Assembly: GCA_043804515.1 (NCBI GenBank)
Contig: JAZDIZ010000038.1
Coordinates: forward strand, 1-31,602
Length of the DNA stretch: 31,602 nt
DNA from: Pseudomonadota bacterium
Lineage (GTDB): Bacteria > Bdellovibrionota_G > JALEGL01 > DATDPG01
Reading direction: 5' to 3'
Shown here: positions 15,271 to 27,798 of the stretch, one piece after another
Layout: each line of letters begins with the position of its first letter
Numbering within the stretch: the first letter of the stretch is position 1
Translations under genes and position numbers: made by a program
Notes under the pieces: generated by a model
Databases searched by the model: none
The model's input: the letters and a program-made list of their open reading frames with translations, nothing else
What the model was told of the DNA's origin: nothing

Positions 15271-17487
15271 ATGCGATCCGCCACCCGTCTACTCCCCATC
15301 CTCCTGCTTTCACTGTCGGTTTCGTGCGGAAAGACCAACACCCAAACATCGGCTGACACCGGTGGCACCGGAACGCAACCCAAGCCAGGTCCTTCCGCGG
15401 CGCAAGGCTTCAGCGGGACGATCAGCTTCACCCGCTCGGAAGCCGATTTCCAGCAGCTTGCACACGCCCTACCCCAAACCAACTGGGCCGAAGGGGAGAT
15501 GATCGTGATGCGCCAGAAAAGCGTCACGGATCAAGACGTGCAAAAAGAGATCACGCAAGCCGGCGGAGATATCGTCAAGCAAAAGTACTCGTTCAATTAC
15601 GATCTGGTCCGATCGCGCAACATCAAGAATACCTGGAGAAAGACCTTTAAGGACGCCGTTCGGGAACTCGCGGAAACCGGCAGCGTCTCCGAAAAAACCC
15701 GGAGCGCCTTGCAGGACGTTCACCGGCGCAGCGGCGATTTCATAAAAGGCTTCAGAAGAAAAAGACATCTTTTTGCAAAGGCCGTTCCCAACTACATCCG
15801 CAAGGCCTCAACCACATTCAACCCCAGGCAATGGGCGTTGGGCGAGGCAAAACTGCCGGACACGTGGGAACAGTTCGGCCGAGGGTCGGACAACGTGGTG
15901 GTCGCCGTTCTGGACACCGGTGTGCGAGGGGACCATCCGAACCTCGTGAACCGGCTTAACTGGAGCGACGGGTACGATTTCGTGAACGACGAAATAGACA
16001 ACGACGAGACTGCAGGACCCGACGACAACCCCGACGAACCCAGCACTTCAAATGCTTCTTTTCACGGCACGCACGTGGCGGGGATCGTCGCCGCGGAGCC
16101 CTCGGGCACCTCATTTCCCATAAACGGCATTGCGGAGAAGACGAAAATTCTGCCCATCCGTGTTTTGGGTGAAGACGGCGGGACCGACTACGACATCGCC
16201 CAGGGGATTCTCTACGCGGCGGGATTGTTGATAGTCGAGAATGAAAAGACGCCGCAACACCGCGCGGACATCATCAATCTGAGCTTCGGAGGGCCCAATG
16301 AGAGTCCGATCCTCGAGGATGCGATTCAACAAGCCACCGCCGCCGGCGTCGTGGTAGTCGTGGCCGCGGGTAACGACACATCGGACGAGCGCTCCTATCC
16401 CGCCGCGTATCCTCAGGTGATTTCCGTGGGGGCGCTCTCGCCGGGAGAGGCATACGCGTCATATTCGAATTACGGCGTGAACGCGGACATCATGGCGCCA
16501 GGGGGCGGGCCCTCTCCCCAAGCGGACGCCAACGGGGACGGCTACCCGGACGGAATCCTGAGCAGTTGGGTGAGACCGGTGCCCCCTCCGGGAGATGTGC
16601 CGGCGCTCACGTACATGAGCGGAACTTCGATGGCTTCGCCGTTCGTGGCCGGCGTCGTCGCGCTCATGAAGAGCGTGAACCCCAAGCTGGGGCTCCCCGA
16701 TATCCGAAAGGCTCTTTTCGATAACGCCAGCTTGGATCGGCTCACGGGCTGCGAGAACCGCTGCGGCAGGGGCGCGCTCGATCTTTCGTCCCTCCTTCAG
16801 ACCACACAATCGATGGCGCCCTCCAGTGCCAAGATCCAGCTTGCGCAAGATTGGGTCGTGACAACTCCCGACAATCCATCAGCGGAGCTCCGTCTGGCGA
16901 ACGCGGGAACGGGGAGTCTCGAGATCTTGAAGGGCGAACCGGTGCGTGTGGACAACGCAAACCCCACCGGTTGGTTGAGCGTGACATCCACGCAGGATAG
17001 CCAAGGCGTTGTTTTGAAGTTCGTCGCCGACAAGACAAAAATGGGGACTGATCCGGCCGCCGCCGTTGTGAGCATTGTGACCAACGCGGCGGAGATTGTG
17101 GTCACCGGTAGCAACAGCGGAAGACCCAGCTACAACGGCGTCGCGCAAATCACCGTCGCGTACGAGCCGGAAGAGGTGGTCAGCGTGGCCCTTTTGGACG
17201 CCTCGGCAGGCGACCGTAAGGCGGTGGCTTGGACGTACACGTCGAAGTCCAAAAGCTGGACGTATCACTTTGACCCGCCGACCCAGGGAGAGTACTTCGT
17301 CTTTGCGGGGAAGGACGACGACCACGACGGGTTCATATGCAGTGCCGGAGATCCTTGCGGGGCCTACCCTTCGTTGGCGTCGCCCATGAAGTTGAGCGTG
17401 GGCAGCCCGGGCGCCCCGACGGACTTGAATTTCGGCGTCAGCCGGAGCGATCTTTCGGGTCTTGAAATCCGGCTGCCGAAAGAATGA
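15271..17487 (+). CDS. Subtilisin-like S8 serine peptidase, lipoprotein
   Basis: Lipobox-like LSVSC; catalytic VLDTG, FHGTHVAG and GTSMASP; oxyanion AAGN. Confidence 0.95.
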   Translation: MRSATRLLPILLLSLSVSCGKTNTQTSADTGGTGTQPKPGPSAAQGFSGTISFTRSEADFQQLAHALPQTNWAEGEMIVMRQKSVTDQDVQKEITQAGGDIVKQKYSFNYDLVRSRNIKNTWRKTFKDAVRELAETGSVSEKTRSALQDVHRRSGDFIKGFRRKRHLFAKAVPNYIRKASTTFNPRQWALGEAKLPDTWEQFGRGSDNVVVAVLDTGVRGDHPNLVNRLNWSDGYDFVNDEIDNDETAGPDDNPDEPSTSNASFHGTHVAGIVAAEPSGTSFPINGIAEKTKILPIRVLGEDGGTDYDIAQGILYAAGLLIVENEKTPQHRADIINLSFGGPNESPILEDAIQQATAAGVVVVVAAGNDTSDERSYPAAYPQVISVGALSPGEAYASYSNYGVNADIMAPGGGPSPQADANGDGYPDGILSSWVRPVPPPGDVPALTYMSGTSMASPFVAGVVALMKSVNPKLGLPDIRKALFDNASLDRLTGCENRCGRGALDLSSLLQTTQSMAPSSAKIQLAQDWVVTTPDNPSAELRLANAGTGSLEILKGEPVRVDNANPTGWLSVTSTQDSQGVVLKFVADKTKMGTDPAAAVVSIVTNAAEIVVTGSNSGRPSYNGVAQITVAYEPEEVVSVALLDASAGDRKAVAWTYTSKSKSWTYHFDPPTQGEYFVFAGKDDDHDGFICSAGDPCGAYPSLASPMKLSVGSPGAPTDLNFGVSRSDLSGLEIRLPKE

Positions 17488-17498
17488 GGAGAAACGAG

Positions 17499-18110
17499 AT
17501 GAGGATCAGGATCGCATTCGCCGTCGCCATCGGGTCGTGGATTTCCTTTGCGTCCGCGCAGTCCGACGGATCATCGGCCACGTCGTTCTGCGATCCCTCG
17601 TTGTGCACGGAGATCAGCGCGGGTTACGCCTACCTGGGAAACGGACGCCGATGCGTGGTCGCAAGGAACAAGACGGCGTTGGCCGTTCTTTACCAGCTCG
17701 TGGCTAAGGCCGAAAATACGGGGGGGACACCCCAACCACCCGCCACGGCCATCGCAATATTGAATGCAAAAAGGGCGAAGCAAGGCCTTCAACCTGTGAC
17801 GCTGGACAATTTTGCGAGCGCGGGAACTGCCTTCCTTGCGATTTCCCTTACTCAGGACGAAAGGTATTCGCTCGAGTTCTCGTCCACACCTGTGAAGAAT
17901 CAAATCGACTTAATTCTTCAAAGCGGGGTTGTCCCCGGCAGCAGGCGTGACAGCGTGGACCGAAGGCCCCAAACGACACTGAACCCGTTCTATCGTATTG
18001 TGGCCTTGTCCAAGCCGCTGTTGCAGAAATTGCAGATCAACGGCTGGAGCACAGCGAAGGTTTACTTGGACACGCCGGATGTCGAGAACATCCTCTGCAC
18101 GGCGCCGTGA
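17499..18110 (+). CDS. Exported hypothetical protein
   Basis: Signal peptide ending ASA; follows the peptidase directly with a GAGGAG RBS; alternative start 17484. Confidence 0.7.
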   Translation: MRIRIAFAVAIGSWISFASAQSDGSSATSFCDPSLCTEISAGYAYLGNGRRCVVARNKTALAVLYQLVAKAENTGGTPQPPATAIAILNAKRAKQGLQPVTLDNFASAGTAFLAISLTQDERYSLEFSSTPVKNQIDLILQSGVVPGSRRDSVDRRPQTTLNPFYRIVALSKPLLQKLQINGWSTAKVYLDTPDVENILCTAP

Positions 18111-18134
18111 TAAGGGCGCAAGAATGCGCTATAT

Positions 18135-20392
<2,258 letters not shown>

Positions 20393-20412
<20 letters not shown>

Positions 20413-21538
20413 AAATCTCTCGGGCTTTCTTGAGTCCCGAATTGGATTTCGCGTTCGGATATTGACCCGCAAGGCTGCCTTCGATCGTCTCGATGGCCCA
20501 GAGAAGATCTTTGGGACCGATCGCGCCGAGGTGCGCCATCCGGAAAATTTTCCCCTCGAGTTGGGACTGTCCACCGGCCAGCCACAAGCCGTACTTCACC
20601 TTGAGTTCCTTAAGCCACGATTTGGCGTCGACCCCCTTCGGTGTTTCCGCCACGGTGATTCCCCAGGTGGCGTCTTCATCACGGTTGAACAGACTGAGGC
20701 CGTCCTCCCGTAGAGCGGTTCGGGCCATGGCTTGAAGGCCCCTTTGACGGCGAATCCTCTCCGCGGTGTCCGTTTTCAAAATCAAGTCCAACGCAACGGC
20801 CAGGGACCGGACGAGCGAAACGGCGGGCGTGAAGGCCGTGAACCCCTTCTGTTGCGCCGCCAGCTCGCGTTGAAGCGAGAAATAGTAACCCTGCGGCTGC
20901 GTCCGCCCGAGGCGGACCAGCGCTCGAAGGCCCAACGAAACCGTAGCTAGGCCCGGCGGGCACATGAACGCCTTTTGCGACGCCCCGACCAGGGAGTCGA
21001 TCCGGTCCCGTTTCATCGACAGGTCGTGAACACCGAGAGCCGTGATCGCGTCCACGACGAAGAGAAGATCATCCCTTGGGGGAAGCAACCTCCCGATCCG
21101 GTCCACCGGATGAAACACGCCCGTGGACGACTCGCACGCCTGAACCAGGACACCCCGGGTGGAGGGATTCACCGCGCGGGCCACCTCCTCGGGCCGGACG
21201 GCCGATCCCCACGGCACCCTAATGACGTCGGCCTTCAAATGATAGTGGCTGGCCAGCTCCACCCAGCGCTCGCCGAACTTTCCCGCCTCCACGACGACCA
21301 CTTCGTCCCCCGGCGAAAAGAGGGAGGAGACGCACGCTTCCATCCCGCCGCTCCCGCTGGAACTCAGGACTAGCGCTTCGCCGTCGGTGTCGCAAAGAAC
21401 GTTCAAGGAGCGCCTCACGCTGCGGAGGATTTCGCCGAATTCCTCCGACCGGTGGTGGATCATCGGCTGCGCCCCCGCCTTGCGGACGGACTCCGGCACC
21501 GGAGTCGGACCGGGCGTGAACAAACGAGGAACGTTCAT
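20393..21538 (-). CDS. Class V PLP aminotransferase (serine-pyruvate/alanine-glyoxylate type)
   Basis: LFTPGPTPVP, HHRS, VDAIT, ASQKAFMCPPG and FRMAHLG motifs. Confidence 0.92.
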
Positions 21539-23322
21539 CCGATTTCCTTCAGGGCCCCTTCCAGGCGCTCGATGAGGATCGGGAGTTTCTGGGGATCCCT
21601 TTGTTCGATGAACCGGGGCGCTCCGTCGATGATCTTTTCGATCTCTCTTTTGCGTTCCAGTTTGATCTTGGCCTCTTTTTCCAGGAACGCCTTCTTGAGG
21701 CGGTGATGCAGGAGTTCGGCCTGTTGCGCCAGCGCCTCCGTCCGCTCCTCCCCTTTGAGCACCACCTCATACTTCTCCGCGGAGTGGCGCATCTTTGCGA
21801 CCTCCTCTGGAGTGAGGCCGCTCGACATCGTGACCGTTATGGCTTGTTCCTTGCCCGTGTCTTTGTCCCGGGCCGATACGTGCACGATTCCGTTGGCGTC
21901 GATATCGAACGTCACTTCGATCTCCGGCTCTCCCGCTTTGGCGCGGCGGATGCCCGTCAGTTCGAACTCCCCGAGAAGCTCGTTTTCATCGACCGCCGGG
22001 CTTTCCCCCTGGAACACCTTGATCCGGACGTGCTTCTGATCGTTGGTCACCGTCGTGAAACCCTTCTTGCGGCTCACGGGCACGGTGGTATTGGGCTCGA
22101 TCAGCCGGGTGAACAGTCCCCCCGCGGATTGGATCCCGAGCGGAAGCGGCGTCACGTCCAGAAGGAGCATTTCCACCTCCTCCTCTCCGGCCAGCGCAAG
22201 CCCCTGAATCGCGGCACCGATCGCGACGGCCTCGTCCGGATGAATCTGCCTGGACGCCGAGCGGCCGAAAAAGTTGGAAACCCGGTCCTGCATCATCGGC
22301 ATCCGGGTCTGCCCTCCCACCAGAAGGACGTCGTCCAGATCCTCCTTCGTGACCCCGGCCATCTTCAGGCAATCCCGCGCGATCGTGAGGGCGCGATCCA
22401 GCAACGGCCCGGTCAGGCTCTCCAGAACGCCGCGTTTGAGCGTCATCGCGAGATGGACCGGCCCCTTGTCGGTCGTCTCGATGAACGGCAGGCTCACCTC
22501 CACCTCCCGGTAGCTGGAAAGATCGATCTTGGCCTTTTCGCAGGCGTCCTTGAGCCGCTGAAGCGCCATTTTGTTGCCTCGGAGATCGATCCCCGATTCG
22601 GCGGAGAAGGTCTCCGAGACGTGATCGATCAGGAGGTTGTCGATGTCGTCGCCTCCCAAAAACGTGTCGCCGCTGGTGGCCAGAACCTTGAACACCCCCT
22701 CGTTGATCTCCAGGACCGAAATGTCGAACGTCCCGCCGCCGAAATCGAACACGGCGATCTTCTTGTTGTCCTTCTTGTTGAATCCGTAGGCGATCGCCGC
22801 TGCCGTGGGCTCGTTGATGATGCGGAGGACGTTCAGGCCCGCGATCTTGCCCGCGTCTTTGGTGCCCTGCCTTTGGGCATCGTTGAAATACGCGGGCACC
22901 GTGATCACGGCGTCCGTCACCGTCTCCTGCACGTACTCGTCGGCCACGCGTTTCATCTCGAAAAGGACGAAAGATGAGATTTCGGGGAGGGAATAGTCTT
23001 TGCCGTTGGCGCGGATCCGGATATCGCCATGAGGCCCTTCCGTCAGCTCGTACGGATAGATCGCCCTCGCGATCTTGGCCTCCTCGGAATCGATGCGGCG
23101 GCCGATGAGCCGCTTCGCGCTGAAGACGGTGTTCGTCGGGTTCGTCATGGCCTGCCGCTTCGCGATGTGCCCCACCAGCCGTCGGCCGTCTTCCAGAAAC
23201 CCCACCACCGAGGGCGTGGTCTTATAGCCGCCCTTGTTGGGAATCACGGTCGTGCGGCCGCCCTCCGTTATGGCCACACACGAATTGGTGGTTCCTAGAT
23301 CGATTCCGATGACTTTTGACAT
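21535..23322 (-). CDS. dnaK: Hsp70/DnaK family chaperone (probable paralogue)
   Basis: [33 protein letters not shown] and LLLDVTPL; 595 aa, lacks the disordered C-terminal tail. Confidence 0.93.
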   Translation of the reverse strand: MSKVIGIDLGTTNSCVAITEGGRTTVIPNKGGYKTTPSVVGFLEDGRRLVGHIAKRQAMTNPTNTVFSAKRLIGRRIDSEEAKIARAIYPYELTEGPHGDIRIRANGKDYSLPEISSFVLFEMKRVADEYVQETVTDAVITVPAYFNDAQRQGTKDAGKIAGLNVLRIINEPTAAAIAYGFNKKDNKKIAVFDFGGGTFDISVLEINEGVFKVLATSGDTFLGGDDIDNLLIDHVSETFSAESGIDLRGNKMALQRLKDACEKAKIDLSSYREVEVSLPFIETTDKGPVHLAMTLKRGVLESLTGPLLDRALTIARDCLKMAGVTKEDLDDVLLVGGQTRMPMMQDRVSNFFGRSASRQIHPDEAVAIGAAIQGLALAGEEEVEMLLLDVTPLPLGIQSAGGLFTRLIEPNTTVPVSRKKGFTTVTNDQKHVRIKVFQGESPAVDENELLGEFELTGIRRAKAGEPEIEVTFDIDANGIVHVSARDKDTGKEQAITVTMSSGLTPEEVAKMRHSAEKYEVVLKGEERTEALAQQAELLHHRLKKAFLEKEAKIKLERKREIEKIIDGAPRFIEQRDPQKLPILIERLEGALKEIG

Positions 23323-23326
23323 CCGC

Positions 23327-24514
23327 TTATTTCCGTTTCAGCTCTTCGAGCCCTTCTTGCGCTTCCGCGTTTTCCCGGTCCAACCGAAGGGCTTCCTTGA
23401 AAGCGGCCTTGGCTTTCGAGTCCTCCCCCATTTCAAGGCAGATCCGGCCATACAGTGCGTGGGAAGCAGCGTCGTTAGCGAACATTCGGACCGCCTGTTC
23501 CGTCAATTTCCGGGCCTCCGGAAGCGTCTTCTTATACTTCCAATATATCAATGCAAGCTCCCGATAACACTCCTTTTTCTTCGGGTTGATCTTTACGACT
23601 TCCTCGAGGGCCTCGATCGCCTCCTCATAGTTCATCAATTCGATCAGCTCCTGCGCTCTCTTGACCCCCTCATCCGCGCGTTTTCGGAGGATGAACGCCG
23701 CGTTCCGCTCCAGCGCCTCTTGGAAGGTGCGGCTATCCGGTTCGAACTGCAGCGCCATTTGATAGAAGTTCGCGGCTTTAAGGCCGTCCCCCGCAGCCTC
23801 TTCATGCCTACCCATGTCGAAGTACTTCTTGGCAAGAGCGAGCCGCTCCACGAGCGTCTTTCCTTTGAGCCTCGGGTCCCTGGGCGCCGCGGCGCTCTTC
23901 GCCGCCGCCTCCCCCGGTACCGCGTCTCCAAGCGTGTGATCGTACCGTTTCCGCTTTCCGGGATCCTGGAGTTCGTCGTAGGCGACCGTGATGCGCTTGA
24001 AAAGCCCGTCCAGTTTTTCCCGGTAGTGCCCGAGGTCTTTTCCGAAGAACCGGTCGGGATGCAGCGTCTTCATCAGATGGAAGTAATGCGTGCGGATCTC
24101 CTCCAGGAGGGCGTTCCGCTTGACGCCCAGGAGGCCGTAATGGTTCTGGGAAGCCATGGCGTTGTACCGAAGGAGGATCTCGTTCCGCTTCACGCGGGGG
24201 ATCTGGGAAAGGACCGGGTCCCGATCCTCCTCATCCATCCGGGAAAGGATGCTTTTCTCGAGCGGATGTTTCGCAACGCGGGCGGGCTGGGGGGCGGCCA
24301 CTTCTTTGATACGAATGGCTCCGGCTTCCACGCCGCGGGAGAGAAGTTTCCAAACACGCGCGACGTCGTACCCGAGTATTTGCGAGATCCCTTTGAGCGT
24401 CGTGGAGCCGTCGATACGGCTTAAAACGAACGCCTCTTCCGGTTCGAGCCCGAGGCTCTCGAGCAGGTCCGGCCGGTTCATCTCAAGGATCGAGTCTTCC
24501 GAGGGAATCTTCAT
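23327..24514 (-). CDS. J-domain protein with C-terminal TPR repeats
   Basis: HYGLLGV...LHPDRF...ITVAYDELQDPGKRKRYD J domain with intact HPD; TPR-like helices afterwards. Confidence 0.9.
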   Translation of the reverse strand: MKIPSEDSILEMNRPDLLESLGLEPEEAFVLSRIDGSTTLKGISQILGYDVARVWKLLSRGVEAGAIRIKEVAAPQPARVAKHPLEKSILSRMDEEDRDPVLSQIPRVKRNEILLRYNAMASQNHYGLLGVKRNALLEEIRTHYFHLMKTLHPDRFFGKDLGHYREKLDGLFKRITVAYDELQDPGKRKRYDHTLGDAVPGEAAAKSAAAPRDPRLKGKTLVERLALAKKYFDMGRHEEAAGDGLKAANFYQMALQFEPDSRTFQEALERNAAFILRKRADEGVKRAQELIELMNYEEAIEALEEVVKINPKKKECYRELALIYWKYKKTLPEARKLTEQAVRMFANDAASHALYGRICLEMGEDSKAKAAFKEALRLDRENAEAQEGLEELKRK

Positions 24515-25452
24515 GGGACGGGACTTCGCTTAGCCCGAGGATGCGCCCTCGAGTATACCTCCGTCAATTTTCCGATCGTCACTTTCGTGTAGCGTTCCGT
24601 CGTCGCCAGATTCGAGTGCCCCAGAAGTTCCTGGATCGTCCGGAGATCCGCCCCCCGCTCCAAAAGATGCGTCGCAAACGAGTGGCGGAGAGCATGCGGC
24701 GTCAGGTGCGTGCGCTGCGCCAGGGCACGCAGGTGTTTTTCCAGGATCAGCGCGATGCCCCGGGTCGTCAGGCGCCCTCCCCTGGCATTGAGAAACATGG
24801 CTTCCGATGGTTTTCTCTCACGAAGAAGCTCACCCCTCCGCCCGAGGTAATTCGCAAGAGCTTCGGCGGCATACTCGCCCACGGGGAGAACGCGTTCCTT
24901 TCTCCCCTTGCCGAGTACCCGCACTTCAGCCATGTCCGGGTCGAAATCGCCCAGGTCCACGTTGCCGGCCTCCTGCGCTCGAAGGCCGCAGCCGTACAGA
25001 AGCTCCAAAAGAGCACGGTCGCGCAGGCCCCTCACCGTTGTTATGTCGGGCGCGTTGAGGAGCTGGTCCAGGACTTCCACCTGAGCCACACGCGGCATTC
25101 TCTTGGGCACCTTGGGCCCCGCCACGAGTTCCGTCGGGTTCTCGGTCAGAAATCCCTCCCGGATCATCAGGTCGAAAAACGTCCGGATGGCCGAGATCTT
25201 CCGGGAGATGCTGGCCGGGGCCAACTTCGCCGCATGCAAGGAGGCCACGAACGTCCGGATGTGGAAGCGATCGATGGCGCGCACATTCTCGCCGTCGATC
25301 GGGCCGGAGATGTTCTCACGTTCCTTGAGGAACGCCTCGAATTGTTCAAGGTCCGAAAGATAGTTCCGGACGGAATGCGGGGACAGGTTACGGATTTGGC
25401 TCAAGTGACGCTCGAAGCGGCCGAGCAATTTTTCAGACCGTGGTGTCGGCAT
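24511..25452 (-). CDS. xerC: Tyrosine recombinase XerC
   Basis: LYGCGLR, GKGRKER, PHALRHSFATHLL.GADLR.IQELLGH...TERY; topA-trmFO-xerC context; GAGGAGG RBS before ATG 25452. Confidence 0.92.
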   Translation of the reverse strand: MPTPRSEKLLGRFERHLSQIRNLSPHSVRNYLSDLEQFEAFLKERENISGPIDGENVRAIDRFHIRTFVASLHAAKLAPASISRKISAIRTFFDLMIREGFLTENPTELVAGPKVPKRMPRVAQVEVLDQLLNAPDITTVRGLRDRALLELLYGCGLRAQEAGNVDLGDFDPDMAEVRVLGKGRKERVLPVGEYAAEALANYLGRRGELLRERKPSEAMFLNARGGRLTTRGIALILEKHLRALAQRTHLTPHALRHSFATHLLERGADLRTIQELLGHSNLATTERYTKVTIGKLTEVYSRAHPRAKRSPVP

Positions 25453-26839
25453 GCCGGATCGGACTCCCCTCCTCCTCACGCGATGCGGGAAACTTGATGC
25501 GCAGGGTGCGTTCGAGCTCCTCGCGCCATGGAGCGAAGGCCTCTCTCGCCCGGCGGGCGATGCCGTGCCTTCGGGCTTCCTTTCCGCCCCGGATTCCACT
25601 GACGGGAGGAAGAAGGCCGAAATTGATGTTCATGGGGGAAAAGGGGCCGTGCAACGGCACGGTCACGATGGCGGCAATCAAGGCACCGAACGCCGTTTCA
25701 AGCGGCGGCCGTTGCACCTCCGCACTTCCTTGAAGCCTTGCCGCCGAAACGATCCCCGCCCATTGCCCCAGCGCCGCGGACTCCATGTATCCCTCCACGC
25801 CCGCGATCTGTCCGGCGATCAGAACCTTCGGATCATTCTTGAGGCGCAGATCCGGGCCCAAGAGCTTGGGGCTGTCGACGTACGTGTTCCTGTGCATGGA
25901 CCCAAAGCGGGCGAATTCCGCTTTTTCGAGCCCCGGAATGATCCGGAACACCTCTTTCTGGGCGCCCCACTTCATCCTCGTCTGAAAGCCCACCAGGTTG
26001 TAGAGCGTGGTCGGATTGTTTTCGCGCCGCAGCTGCACCACCGCATACGGGCGCTTTCCCGTACTCGGGTCATCCAACCCCACCGGCTTCATCGGGCCGA
26101 ATGCCAGCGTCTGCACGCCCCGCTCCGCCAGGACTTCGATGGGCAGGCACGCCTCAAAGCACCTCATCGCTTCGAAATCCCGCACGGGCACCTTTTCGGC
26201 CTTCAGGATCATCTCGACAAACCGTTCGTAGAGCGTCCGGTCCATCGGGCAGTTGAGGTAGTCGTCCGATTCCGGAGCGTAACGGCTTCCGAAGTACGTC
26301 TTCGAGGTATCGATCGATTCGGCCGTGACGATCGGCGAGATCGAATCGTAGAAATAGAACGTGTCCACGCCGAGTTTTTTCTTGAGGTCGTCCGCCAACG
26401 CGTCGGACGTGAGAGGTCCGGTCGCGATGATCACGATCTCATGGTCGGGGACCCGGTTGCATTCCTCGCGGATCACGTGAATCAGAGATTCCTCGCGTAT
26501 GCGCGACGTCACGGTGTCGGAGAACTTATCGCGGTCCACGGCAAGGGCCTTTCCCGCCGGAACGCGCGTCTCGTCGGCCGCTTCCAGGACCAAAGAACCC
26601 AGGTCCAGCATCTCCCGCTTGAGAAGGCCGGGGGCGGTTTCCTCTACCTCAGACCCGAGCGAGTTGCTGCAAACCAACTCCGCAAGAGACTCCCGCTTGT
26701 GCGCGGGCGAGAATTTCCCGGGTTTCATCTCGAAGAGGTCCACGGGATGGCCGCAGCGCGCGAGCATCCAGGCGGCCTCACAGCCGGCCAGGCCTCCCCC
26801 CACCACAGCTACATGCGCTTTTCCGCTGATTTCGGGCAC
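25433..26839 (-). CDS. trmFO: tRNA (uracil-5)-methyltransferase TrmFO
   Basis: GGGLAGCEAA, ELVCSNS, FGPMKPVGL and AGQIAGVEGY motifs. Confidence 0.96.
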   Translation of the reverse strand: MPEISGKAHVAVVGGGLAGCEAAWMLARCGHPVDLFEMKPGKFSPAHKRESLAELVCSNSLGSEVEETAPGLLKREMLDLGSLVLEAADETRVPAGKALAVDRDKFSDTVTSRIREESLIHVIREECNRVPDHEIVIIATGPLTSDALADDLKKKLGVDTFYFYDSISPIVTAESIDTSKTYFGSRYAPESDDYLNCPMDRTLYERFVEMILKAEKVPVRDFEAMRCFEACLPIEVLAERGVQTLAFGPMKPVGLDDPSTGKRPYAVVQLRRENNPTTLYNLVGFQTRMKWGAQKEVFRIIPGLEKAEFARFGSMHRNTYVDSPKLLGPDLRLKNDPKVLIAGQIAGVEGYMESAALGQWAGIVSAARLQGSAEVQRPPLETAFGALIAAIVTVPLHGPFSPMNINFGLLPPVSGIRGGKEARRHGIARRAREAFAPWREELERTLRIKFPASREEEGSPIRHADTTV

Positions 26840-26954
26840 TGCCCCTTTATCGTAACCCGAATCGAAGCCGATGAAAACGACGGACGTCTCCCTCCGTCGG
26901 GATACCCGACTTTCTTGACGTTTAGAAAACCCGTTGTTTCAGCCGATGGCGGAT

Positions 26955-27695
26955 TTAGTCACCCATGTCGCCATTGAGCGTGCAGTCGCCAAGCCCGCCG
27001 GTCCTCTTGAACTCGTCGAGACTTGTGAATTTCTTACCGTTTTCCCCGTTCTGTTCCAACGCGATTTCGAAGGTTTTGAGATCCGGGCGAATACCCCACA
27101 CCTTCCCGTCATCCATCCACAAAAAGGCCCAATAGCCAAAATATCGTTTCTTCCCTTTGCCGAAGAGGCCGCAGCTAGGATCTTTCCCGAAGATGGGATT
27201 AAAGATGTAATCCTTAACGGCCGTTGCTCTAATATAGGGGTCGTACTGGCCTTTTTCGTTGACGTTCCAGACGATCACCGTCCCCGCAGTGGTGAGAGCT
27301 ATGCCGAAGTACTCTCCAATATGGAACGTCGAGTATTTCATAATCGTGTCCTTCCCGTACACGATCTGGTCACGGTCTCCTTCCTTCACGGCAGGGTCCG
27401 TTACGTACGCATGAAGGATTCCGTTATCTAAATAATAAACGCCTTTGTCCTTGGGATTCCTTGCCGGCAACATCCCCGGGCTCTTCATAAGGGAGTCCGC
27501 GATAACGGAAGGGGCATCGTTGCCGACTTGCATCCACAATGCCTTGTCCTTTGCGCTCCAAGAAAACGTTCCGGCCGGCATATTCCAGACTTTGTCGGGT
27601 TTGGCGGGCGCCTTTAGCTTCCTTGGGCGAGCCTCCGCCGCCGACACAGCAAACAGGAATGAGCCGATTACAACCAGCGAAAGAAAACTCTTCAT
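26955..27695 (-). CDS. Exported hypothetical protein
   Basis: AAGGAG RBS before ATG 27695; signal peptide ending AEA; no family recognised. Confidence 0.75.
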   Translation of the reverse strand: MKSFLSLVVIGSFLFAVSAAEARPRKLKAPAKPDKVWNMPAGTFSWSAKDKALWMQVGNDAPSVIADSLMKSPGMLPARNPKDKGVYYLDNGILHAYVTDPAVKEGDRDQIVYGKDTIMKYSTFHIGEYFGIALTTAGTVIVWNVNEKGQYDPYIRATAVKDYIFNPIFGKDPSCGLFGKGKKRYFGYWAFLWMDDGKVWGIRPDLKTFEIALEQNGENGKKFTSLDEFKRTGGLGDCTLNGDMGD

Positions 27696-27798
27696 ACTTC
27701 TACTCCTTAGATGAGATCCAACCCTACGCATGATATCAGCGCGTAACGCGATGTGTTATCACAACATATTTTGGATGGCAAATCCGAAGAATTCCGGT

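Noticed and set aside
24511..25452. xerC as the integrase of a prophage or island
   Set aside because: It sits in the housekeeping dprA-topA-trmFO-xerC context, with no att sites or phage genes beside it.
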